A stretch of DNA of 64,000 bases, from contig JBBIJE010000008.1 in assembly GCA_037446155.1 (NCBI GenBank), forward strand, positions 94,049 to 158,048. The letters are read 5' to 3'. Both the position numbers and the translations under genes were made by a program. The notes under the pieces were generated by a model. It ran no database searches. It was given only the letters and a program-made list of their open reading frames with translations, and had not been told where the DNA came from. The DNA comes from Myxococcales bacterium. Lineage in GTDB: Bacteria > Desulfobacterota > Binatia > UTPRO1 > JBBIJE01. How positions within the stretch are numbered: position 1 is the stretch's first letter; the number at the start of each line of letters is the position of its first letter. Of this stretch, positions 18,446 through 26,431 are shown in pieces.

Positions 18446-19957
18446 ATGGGGCAGACGATCGCCGCCTCGCCGCCGCGCTTTGGTGTGCGCGCGAAACTCA
18501 TCGTTGCCGCCGCCGCCGTCGTAGCCGCGATAAACGGAGTGGCCATGTGGCGGGCGCTCGCCAACGTCGAAGCGCAAGTTCTCGCCGATGCCAGGCAGCG
18601 CGTGCGCTTGGTGAATTACGCTGTCGAGCGAACCGCGGTAAATCTCATGCTCTCGGGAGAGCCGGATCGGTTGCAGATCTTTGTAAGCTCGCTCAAGGGC
18701 CACTCGGATATCGCAGACGTCAGGATTCTCGACCGAGAGGGAACGGTAGTCGCTTCCTCGGTGCCGAGTGAGCTCCGCACACGGCTTTCGCTGCGCGGTA
18801 TCGGCCTCGTGGTTCCGAGCGAGCGGCAGCGAATTATCGCCGAGCACGCCGGGGAGGGACACTTCTTGACTGTGGTAAGTCCCGTCCGCAACGAGCCGAT
18901 GTGCCACAGGTGTCACTCCGCCTCCGAGCGGTTCAACGGCACGTTTGTGGTAAGCATTTCCATCGACCCGCTGGTCTCGCGCGTTTCCGGGCTTCGTCGC
19001 TACCAGTTGGCTACGGGAACGGGTGCGGTGGCCGCCATGATCGGGGCGCTTTGGGTATTGATCTCGGTTATGGTTAGCCGGCCCATAAACCGCTTCATGA
19101 GCGCCATCTCGCAGGTTCGACGAGGCGATCTGTCGGCCGTCGTGGATGTAAGGCAGCGGGATGAGTTGGGGGCGCTCGCCCAGCATTTCAACGCTATGGT
19201 GGGGGAGATCCACCAGGCGCGCGAGCGGCTGGAAGAGTATCATCGCAGGGAAATCGCCCAAGCGGGCAGACTGGCGAGCTTAGGAGAGATGCTTTCGGGT
19301 CTGGCCCACGAGATCCGCAATCCGCTCGCGGGGATCATCGGGGCGATGGCCGTATTCGAACAGAGCATGGCCGAGGAGGACCCTCGCCGCGAGGTGGTTC
19401 GCGAGGTGGGCGAGCTGGTGCGGCGGTTGGGGAAGACGGCGGACGCGATCTTGACTTACGCCCGACCGTCGCCGCCGTCGTTCGAGCCGATCGACATCCA
19501 CCAACTTCTCGATTACTCGCTATTTCTGGTGGGCGCCGATAAGCCGCGCACTGGGGTTGAGATCGTGCGGGAATACGCGCCATCGCTTCCCGCGCTGGTC
19601 GGCGATCCCAAGCAACTGCAGCAGGTCTTCGTGAACCTGCTTCTCAACGCGCTTCAGGCTGTTGGCGAGCGCGGCCGGATCGTGGTTTCCACGGCGGACG
19701 GCATGGACGGAGGTGTGCGCGTTACCGTCGCCGACGATGGACCTGGGATCGACCCGGCCCACCGGGACTCGATTTTCGAGCCATTTTTCACGACCAAAGC
19801 CAATGGAACCGGGTTGGGCCTCGCGATAAGCCGCCGTCTCCTCGAGGCTCACGGCGCGACCATTTCGCTGGAGGACCGGCCGAAGGGGACCGCCTTTGTC
19901 GTTCATTTGCCGGGACCTCCTCCCAAGGCGGATCTTGGCCGCCAAGGACCGGCGTGA
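18446..19957 (+). CDS. Sensor histidine kinase with a periplasmic domain carrying one c-type haem-binding CxxCH motif.
   Basis: Topology: TM1 (about residues 16-36), a periplasmic domain of about 140 aa containing PMCHRCHS (nt 18902-18916), TM2, a HAMP-like region, the HisKA H-box [12 protein letters not shown], and HATPase_c motifs DDGPGI and GTGLGL. Confidence 0.8.
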   Translation: MGQTIAASPPRFGVRAKLIVAAAAVVAAINGVAMWRALANVEAQVLADARQRVRLVNYAVERTAVNLMLSGEPDRLQIFVSSLKGHSDIADVRILDREGTVVASSVPSELRTRLSLRGIGLVVPSERQRIIAEHAGEGHFLTVVSPVRNEPMCHRCHSASERFNGTFVVSISIDPLVSRVSGLRRYQLATGTGAVAAMIGALWVLISVMVSRPINRFMSAISQVRRGDLSAVVDVRQRDELGALAQHFNAMVGEIHQARERLEEYHRREIAQAGRLASLGEMLSGLAHEIRNPLAGIIGAMAVFEQSMAEEDPRREVVREVGELVRRLGKTADAILTYARPSPPSFEPIDIHQLLDYSLFLVGADKPRTGVEIVREYAPSLPALVGDPKQLQQVFVNLLLNALQAVGERGRIVVSTADGMDGGVRVTVADDGPGIDPAHRDSIFEPFFTTKANGTGLGLAISRRLLEAHGATISLEDRPKGTAFVVHLPGPPPKADLGRQGPA

Positions 19958-19985
19958 AATCCCGGCTCACAAACCCGGGTTTTGT
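19958..19985 (+). terminator. Weak rho-independent terminator after the histidine-kinase gene.
   Basis: cccgg (19961-19965) pairs with ccggg (19975-19979), followed by TTTTG. The stem is short and the loop is 9 nt. Confidence 0.35.
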
Positions 19986-20049
19986 CCTTGCGAGCCCAAG
20001 GCCAGGCGGAGGTGCCTTGGGTGGCGAGGGGATGGGTTTTCCTGTGTTT

Positions 20050-20065
20050 TGGCATGAGCGTTGCA
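20050..20065 (+). promoter_or_regulatory. Sigma-54 (-24/-12) promoter upstream of the NtrC-type regulator gene.
   Basis: TGGCATGagcgTTGCA matches the TGGCACG-N4-TTGCA consensus, with GG and GC at the correct spacing. It lies about 220 bp upstream of the ATG at 20287. Confidence 0.55.
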
Positions 20066-20286
20066 GTGGCATACCCCAGACACCAGTTATGGACGGGCGC
20101 AGTGAATAACGCTGTTTTATATGGACTGATTCCGGGCCACCCAGCCGCCCGCATGGGTTTGGCCCTAGAGGTAATTCTCGGCCCCCATCCAGTAGCCTCG
20201 AGGGGGAAGCCTAGTTTGGAGGGCTATACCATTATCGGGCTCGGTGAGCCTGGCGCGGTGAGACGGAAACGCACGAGAGGGGTGCT

Positions 20287-21660
20287 ATGCAGGCGCGGGT
20301 GTTGGTAGTCGATGACGAGAAGCTCATTCGCTGGTCGCTCTCGCAACACCTGACCAAGCAGGGTTTCGAAGTATTTACCGCAGAAGGAGCCGAGGACGGG
20401 CTCAAGCTCTTTAGCGACGAGCTGCCCGAAGTCGTGATTCTCGATGTGCGGCTCAAGGGTGACGATGGTATCGAGGTCCTTCGGAAGATCCGCGAGGTGG
20501 ACGAGGATGTATCGGTTATAATGATTACCGCACATGCCGCCGTCGGCTCGGCCGTCGAGGCGATGAAGCTCGGCGCTTACGATTACATTACCAAGCCTTT
20601 CGAGCTCGACAAGGTCGAGCGTGTGGTGAACAAGGCGCTCGAAGCGGGCCGTCTAAAACGAGAGGTCGCCAGATTCAGGCGCGGACAGAAGCGCAAGTTC
20701 GGCTTCGAGAAGATCGTGGGAAGCTCCTACGCGATGCAGCGCGTTCTGGAGACGGTGGAGAAGCTGGTCGTGAGCGACTTCCATACGGTGTTGCTGCAGG
20801 GGCCCAGTGGATCGGGTAAGGATCTGGTAGCGCGCGCGCTTCATTTCAATAGCGCGCACGCCGACGCGCCCTTCGTGGACCTGAATTGCAGCGCCATTCC
20901 CGAGTCGCTGATAGAAAGCGAACTTTTCGGTTTCGAGAAGGGCGCGTTCACCGACGCCCGAGCCGCGAAGAAAGGGCTTTTCGAACTGGCGGAGGGCGGC
21001 TCGATCTTTCTCGACGAGATCAGCGACATGCCCCTAGGGGTGCAGAGCAAACTGCTCAAGGTGATCGAGAACCGTACGGTGCGCAGGCTGGGGGGACTTC
21101 GCGATATTCCGGTCGACACGCGCGTGATCGCCGCTACGAACCGCCGACTCGACGAGGAGGTAAAAAACAAACGGTTTCGCGAAGATCTCTTCTACCGGCT
21201 AAACGTCATAGCCATAACGCTTCCCTCGCTGGCCGAAAGGCGCGAGGACATTCCGGCCTTGGCACACCATTTCATCGAACAGTTCAATCGGGAGTTTCGC
21301 CGCTCGTTCACCGGCGTAGATCCCGAGGCGATGAACCTGCTTTGCGCTTACCCTTGGCCTGGTAACGTACGCGAGCTACGGAACGTGATCGAACGCGTGG
21401 TGATTTTGGAACAAGGACCGTTGATTCTCCCCGACCACTTGCCCCCCGAGGTCAGAAAGGGCGGCACCCCGGTGCATGACGGTGGCTTTAGATTGGCGCC
21501 GAGCGGGGTATCGCTCGAAGAAGTGGAGCGGAGTTTGGTTTTGCAGGCGATCGAGCTTTCGCACGGAAACCAAACCCATGCCGCCCAGCTTCTTCAGATA
21601 AGCCGCGACGCTTTGCGTTATCGGCTTCAGAAATACGGTCTCCTTCAAGGCAAGTCATAA
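20287..21660 (+). CDS. Sigma-54-dependent response regulator (NtrC/AtoC family enhancer-binding protein).
   Basis: Receiver domain (VVDDE...D54 context ILDVRL). AAA+ sigma-54 activator domain with Walker A GPSGSGKD, the GAFTDA motif (a GAFTGA variant) and ESELFGFEKGAF. C-terminal Fis-type HTH. Confidence 0.85.
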   Translation: MQARVLVVDDEKLIRWSLSQHLTKQGFEVFTAEGAEDGLKLFSDELPEVVILDVRLKGDDGIEVLRKIREVDEDVSVIMITAHAAVGSAVEAMKLGAYDYITKPFELDKVERVVNKALEAGRLKREVARFRRGQKRKFGFEKIVGSSYAMQRVLETVEKLVVSDFHTVLLQGPSGSGKDLVARALHFNSAHADAPFVDLNCSAIPESLIESELFGFEKGAFTDARAAKKGLFELAEGGSIFLDEISDMPLGVQSKLLKVIENRTVRRLGGLRDIPVDTRVIAATNRRLDEEVKNKRFREDLFYRLNVIAITLPSLAERREDIPALAHHFIEQFNREFRRSFTGVDPEAMNLLCAYPWPGNVRELRNVIERVVILEQGPLILPDHLPPEVRKGGTPVHDGGFRLAPSGVSLEEVERSLVLQAIELSHGNQTHAAQLLQISRDALRYRLQKYGLLQGKS

Positions 21661-21878
21661 GGCAGTGCAGGAACCTATGAGTCGCCACTCGCTGCGTATT
21701 ATTACGCATTGGGTGAGGGAGATTCCGCAGCGACCGGCGGTTCCGCAGTGCTGGCGCGGTGAGAAAAGGGGGGGCACTGTTCCGCACCCGGGCAAGCGGT
21801 GGCGAAGGGCCCGGCGCCGCTCGCCTCCCGCGGGGGCGGCGCCTGAGACCGGGGGGACCCAGCGCACCCCGATGCGGC

Positions 21879-24347
21879 CTATCTGTCCTCGAGCGGGGGC
21901 CCGGTTACTCCGTGCGCGGTTCGGTTGGAGCCCGCATCCGCCTCCCAGGGGATCGGGGATCCATTGAGTAGGGCGGCGGCATCGCGCCCCCTGCAGCCCG
22001 CGTCGATGATCGTTGCGCCTCGTATGTCGATGATCCCGGCTCCCCCGGCGGCCTCGATCCTCACTCTGCCGCATTTGCCGAAATCGTTTCGCAAGGTAGC
22101 CCCCCGCAGGCTTACGTCCCCGCTATCCGTGCCGATCGCGATGTTTCGCCCCGCCCGGACCACCCCCTCGGAGAGCTCGATATCCTCGGCGGCACGGGCC
22201 GAAACGCTCCCTTCGATGTAGGTATGGTATTCATTGCCACAGTCTCCCAAGATCAGACTCCCTCGGGCGGAAGTGATTTCCAAATTGTCCCTCGGTCCTG
22301 CCGTCGTAACGGACACGCGCGCATGTCTTTGGTCGCCCTGACTGGCGAAGGTCACGGATCGGGCGGCTACGGTTGTATCCTCGAGGTTTATGGGGCAGCC
22401 CGGGGCCTGGCACTCGACGGCGACGACCCCGCCTGGGCGGTGCTCCCCGCCGGCCCTTAGCAGAGCGGCGGCGATGAAGATGCCGCTCTGTGCTTCGAGT
22501 ATCAGCTTGCCGTTGGGATTGCGCGCGAGTAGCTCGGCATTTGAAACGCTTACGTAGGTTTCGGCTCGAACGTGGACCGCGTTCCCCTTATCGTCGGCGG
22601 CAAGGCCGGCGCCTGGTCCGAGGATGGTCACGGAGCGGGCTTCGATCTCGAGCGAGCCGGTTCCGGGAAGCGGGGAAAGCGGGCAGCCCACGATAAGGTC
22701 GCCTTCCGCCTCGATTCGGGTAATCCTGCCGCGTCGTTGAATGAGAGGGTGGGCCGGGCAGTCGGTGATTTCGATGGCCTGCACGGGCGGCTCCGGCATT
22801 GCGATGTCGCAGCCGGCGCAGGCGTCTCCGATTCCGTCCCCATCGCTATCGGTCTGCTCCGGGTTGACGACGGCGGGACAATTGTCGCAACCGTCTGGAA
22901 TCCCGTCCCCATCGCTGTCCGAAGAGCCTCCGCACGGGTCAGCGGTACAAGATACCGTAACGGGAATGACTCCTAGAGTGGTCCCGCTTCCCACCTCGCG
23001 GAACTCGATAGCGAAGGCGCCGGAGATGGCCGACCCGTCGCCGCTAAGCGTAAGCTCGAAGGTGGCGCTGCCGCCGGGGGAGACGTCGGGGACTAGCGCC
23101 GGGGCGAACGACGAGGCGAGCGCCGAGGGAAGAGGGCTGAGCCGCAGCGTCACGTCAATGGGTTTTTGACTCGCCTGGAGCACCGAAGTCACCACGGCAT
23201 CGCGAAGAGCCGAGGCGCCAGCAGCGACATCGAACACGAGCGGGGTACCATCTGCGGCAGTCGCTCCGGTTAAGATGGCCAGGGCCGAGAGCATCGGGCC
23301 CGGTGCCCACGAGGGACCGGCGGGGTCACGTTGGGCCTGCGCTCTGTCCCCGAGGCCGATCACCTGGATGCCGAGGGAGTTCAATGCGTCCACGGTTTCC
23401 TGGACCGTTCCCGCCCCGCTTGGAACTACAGCGCCCGGGATCGTGTTTGCGCCGCTCGACTTTGCGTTGCTCACGTATCCGAAGCGGGAGACCCCCGCGG
23501 TCTCCCTCTGGCAGGCGAACGCGCTCGTGGGAACCGTTCCCCCAGATCCGGTGATGGTTGCGGGGATCGGGCCAGCAGTCGGGTCGAACGCCGCGATCGC
23601 GCAAGTGTCGGTTGCCAGTACCGTAAGGTGCAGGGCGCCAGGACGCCAGCCGACTCCTCCCAGCGAGCCGGAGGTGGGAAGCAGGTTGGTCGAAAAGGGA
23701 GGCACATCACCGCTCCAGTCGGGTGAGATCTGCGTGGCTTCGGCGCCGGCCACCTGCGATCCGTCAGCACCCGTCATCCTGCCGTCCCCGTTGCCGTCGA
23801 AGCCGCGGCCAGTCGCCACCTGGAGCAATCCATCGGCAATCGATGCCTCCGGCGTGTCGCCACCGTTTCCCGGGGCGCTACGCCCCAAGGCCTGCTCGAT
23901 GAGCGCTGCAAACGAGGGATCGTCGGCTGCGATAATCGGCTGATTGAGGATAAAGGGGCGGTCCGAAGAGCGCCCTCGGCTAAACCCCGATCCCGGGCCG
24001 CCGTAATCCTCGAAGCGTCCCACGCCGAACGCGAAGTCCACTTCGGGAAGAACCGTTTCGAGCGAGCTCACGAGGTCGGCGAACACTTCCCTCACCTGCG
24101 GCGCAAGAGTCGTAAAGCTGCCCGTGTCATCGAAAAGCAAGAAGACGTCGACGCTACCGGTGACGGAGCCGTGGGGAAGAGTGACAGATACCGACAGCCG
24201 CTCCTCGAGACCGCGGCACACCGGTGAGTCGCCAAGGAGCCAGATAGCCTCGGGTGTGACCTCTTGTCCGGGTGCAGGAGCCCCTCCAGCCAAGAGGAGA
24301 AGCGTGGCCGCGCTAGCGGCGCCCGCCCAACGAGCCGCATGACGCAT
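21879..24347 (-). CDS. Large secreted multidomain protein: signal peptide, VWA-like domain, calcium-binding thrombospondin type-3 repeats, and a C-terminal right-handed beta-helix.
   Basis: Signal peptide AATLLLLAGGAPAPG. MIDAS-like LLFDDTGSF. TSP3 repeats SDSDGDGIPDGCDNCPAVVNPEQTDSDGDGIGDACAGCD. The C-terminal third has the regular repeats typical of a beta-helix. 822 aa. Confidence 0.55.
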   Translation of the reverse strand: MRHAARWAGAASAATLLLLAGGAPAPGQEVTPEAIWLLGDSPVCRGLEERLSVSVTLPHGSVTGSVDVFLLFDDTGSFTTLAPQVREVFADLVSSLETVLPEVDFAFGVGRFEDYGGPGSGFSRGRSSDRPFILNQPIIAADDPSFAALIEQALGRSAPGNGGDTPEASIADGLLQVATGRGFDGNGDGRMTGADGSQVAGAEATQISPDWSGDVPPFSTNLLPTSGSLGGVGWRPGALHLTVLATDTCAIAAFDPTAGPIPATITGSGGTVPTSAFACQRETAGVSRFGYVSNAKSSGANTIPGAVVPSGAGTVQETVDALNSLGIQVIGLGDRAQAQRDPAGPSWAPGPMLSALAILTGATAADGTPLVFDVAAGASALRDAVVTSVLQASQKPIDVTLRLSPLPSALASSFAPALVPDVSPGGSATFELTLSGDGSAISGAFAIEFREVGSGTTLGVIPVTVSCTADPCGGSSDSDGDGIPDGCDNCPAVVNPEQTDSDGDGIGDACAGCDIAMPEPPVQAIEITDCPAHPLIQRRGRITRIEAEGDLIVGCPLSPLPGTGSLEIEARSVTILGPGAGLAADDKGNAVHVRAETYVSVSNAELLARNPNGKLILEAQSGIFIAAALLRAGGEHRPGGVVAVECQAPGCPINLEDTTVAARSVTFASQGDQRHARVSVTTAGPRDNLEITSARGSLILGDCGNEYHTYIEGSVSARAAEDIELSEGVVRAGRNIAIGTDSGDVSLRGATLRNDFGKCGRVRIEAAGGAGIIDIRGATIIDAGCRGRDAAALLNGSPIPWEADAGSNRTAHGVTGPPLEDR

Positions 24348-24594
24348 GGCTATTCACCTCCCGCCCCTCCTTGGCCGACGGGGGCCTCTGCTTGGCCTGG
24401 CGCGCCGGCTCGCGATCGCTTTATCGTCCAGCCCGAAAAATCATCCGCTCCGCACCCCCGCCTGTCAACAGGGGAAATTCCCAGCCGGACGCAGACGAGA
24501 CCGGGCGGGAGAGCGCTTGGGGTTGGACCCAGCCGTTCTTACCGAGACGGTGTTCGGTACCTTTGGAGAAAGGCCCCCGCCATGAGAAGGCGAA

Positions 24595-26418
24595 TCAGCC
24601 GGCCGGCGCCTCCTTTTCCTCTGTGCCTAGAGGGCCGTAGCCCTTGGGGTCGTGGTCCTTGCCGTGGCAGGTGAGAAAGCAGCGCCCGCTGTCCGCCCCG
24701 AGTGGTTGAAAGGAGAGAGCCCCGGAGGAGCTGGGCTGGACTATCGGCTCTCCGGTCTCGTCGCGCAGCATGAAATTGATAAGCGCCGGGTTTTGACGCG
24801 AGCCGTGGGGGTCGTGACAGATGGCGCACGAGGATTTTTCCCCGACGATGTGCTTGCGGTGTTTGAAAGGCTGATCGGTAAGGACGGCGGCGCGGTTGTG
24901 GCATTTGTAACAGAGGGCGTACGAGGCGAAAGATTCCTGCACCTCTTGGCCCTCTTGGCGGTATTCGCGCTCGAGAAGGGGCTCGAAATTCGATCCGTGG
25001 GGCCCTGCCGGCCCGGTTCCGCCGGCGCCGGGTCCATCTTCGCTGCTGTGACAGTCTGTACAGTATAAGATACTGCCAGAGGTTAGCGGCGGCTCCAGGC
25101 CGACGATCGTGAAGTTGCGTCCCGGCCCCTCCACGGGGTGGTAGGAGGGGTTTGCAAGATCGAAAGCCAACCTGAGATCGGTCAAGGGGTCTTGGCGCTC
25201 GATCCTCGGGGCGAGCGCGTTCGATATGCCGTGACACTTGAAGCAGACCTCGTACTGAAATTGAGCCTCGGCGATCGAGCTTCCCGCGGCGGTGACTCCT
25301 GAGACGCCCGTCAATGCCCCCGACACCGCCGGAGCCATCCCGGAATCGGGATTCGTCGCATGGGGGTCGTGGCAGTCGACGCACTCCACGTGGCGCGTCA
25401 TGGTGAGCGGGTCCTCGACGGGATCGTGCACGCCGGCTGCGACATCGACCGGATGGCGGCTGAACTTCAGGAACTCCTCAGCGATGTCCTTGGCCGCCAC
25501 GGCTCCGTTGTGACACGCGAGACACACGTCCTCCTCGAGGTCGGATCTGAGCAGCCGGGGGCCGCTCGGGGCCGAGTGCGGCGTGTGGCAGTTCTCGCAT
25601 GCGTTCTCCGCCACGGTTTGAAAGTCGGAGTCGGGCCAAGGGTCGGGGGGCGTTCCGTTCCAGGTTGCGGAAGAGAGCGCGTGGGTGGAGCTCACCCAGC
25701 GATCCGGCCTGTGACAGGCAAGGCAGAGGTCGCCGAACCGCGGGTCGGTGACGAGGAACTTGGGAAACCGGTCGGTATGGGGGTCGTGGCAGCTCGTACA
25801 TTGGAGCTGGCCGGACTGGTCGAGCTTCACGTGACTCGGAAGGAGGTCCGGCGAGACGAGCTCCCCTCGGCGCGAGGCCAGCGTGAGGTCGTAGAGGAAG
25901 GAAATCGGGTGGTCGTCCGAGAGGTCGGTGCCTAGTACCGCACGGCCCGTGAGTGGTCCTGCCGAGGGTGCCGGTCCCCCGCCCGTCTCCCTGATGGCGC
26001 CCAGGGCGAGAGTGCCGTCGTGACAGCTCAGGCAGAGCCGAGAGACGCCGGTCGGCTGCTCGAGCGCCGCTTCCAGTGTCGAGCTTTCGTAAAGCTGATA
26101 CACTTCGAGCGACTGCTCCCGGTTCCAAAGCGCCCGGCTGGGGTTCGCGTTGTGCGGTATGTGGCAGAAGATACAGAGGTTTCCCTCCCCCCCCGCCAGT
26201 CCGATCGATGGATTCGGGACACTCAGATTATGGACCGTCGTCTCGATTCCGGCCTGCGCAAGGGGCACGGCGGGCAAGCGTGCCAAAAGAGCCAGTACCA
26301 GCGCGACGAAGGCCCTGGCGGCTTTGATCCGGGCTCTTTCGCTAACCGCTCGGGTGGCGGTCGCTTGCGCTACAACCGGCGGTCGCAACCCCGAGCAGCA
26401 TCTATTGGCCCCTATCAC
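24595..26418 (-). CDS. Multihaem c-type cytochrome with 11 CxxCH motifs plus one CX3CH (about 12 haems), secreted.
   Basis: Signal peptide ...LLARLPAVPLAQA. Haem motifs are CIFCH, CLSCH, CTSCH, CLACH, CENCH, CLACH, CVDCH, CFKCH, CTDCH, CYKCH, CAICH and CFLTCH. Several are of the doubled CxxCHxPH(N/G) type. Confidence 0.8.
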   Translation of the reverse strand: MIGANRCCSGLRPPVVAQATATRAVSERARIKAARAFVALVLALLARLPAVPLAQAGIETTVHNLSVPNPSIGLAGGEGNLCIFCHIPHNANPSRALWNREQSLEVYQLYESSTLEAALEQPTGVSRLCLSCHDGTLALGAIRETGGGPAPSAGPLTGRAVLGTDLSDDHPISFLYDLTLASRRGELVSPDLLPSHVKLDQSGQLQCTSCHDPHTDRFPKFLVTDPRFGDLCLACHRPDRWVSSTHALSSATWNGTPPDPWPDSDFQTVAENACENCHTPHSAPSGPRLLRSDLEEDVCLACHNGAVAAKDIAEEFLKFSRHPVDVAAGVHDPVEDPLTMTRHVECVDCHDPHATNPDSGMAPAVSGALTGVSGVTAAGSSIAEAQFQYEVCFKCHGISNALAPRIERQDPLTDLRLAFDLANPSYHPVEGPGRNFTIVGLEPPLTSGSILYCTDCHSSEDGPGAGGTGPAGPHGSNFEPLLEREYRQEGQEVQESFASYALCYKCHNRAAVLTDQPFKHRKHIVGEKSSCAICHDPHGSRQNPALINFMLRDETGEPIVQPSSSGALSFQPLGADSGRCFLTCHGKDHDPKGYGPLGTEEKEAPAG

Positions 26419-26431
26419 GTTCCCTCCCTGC

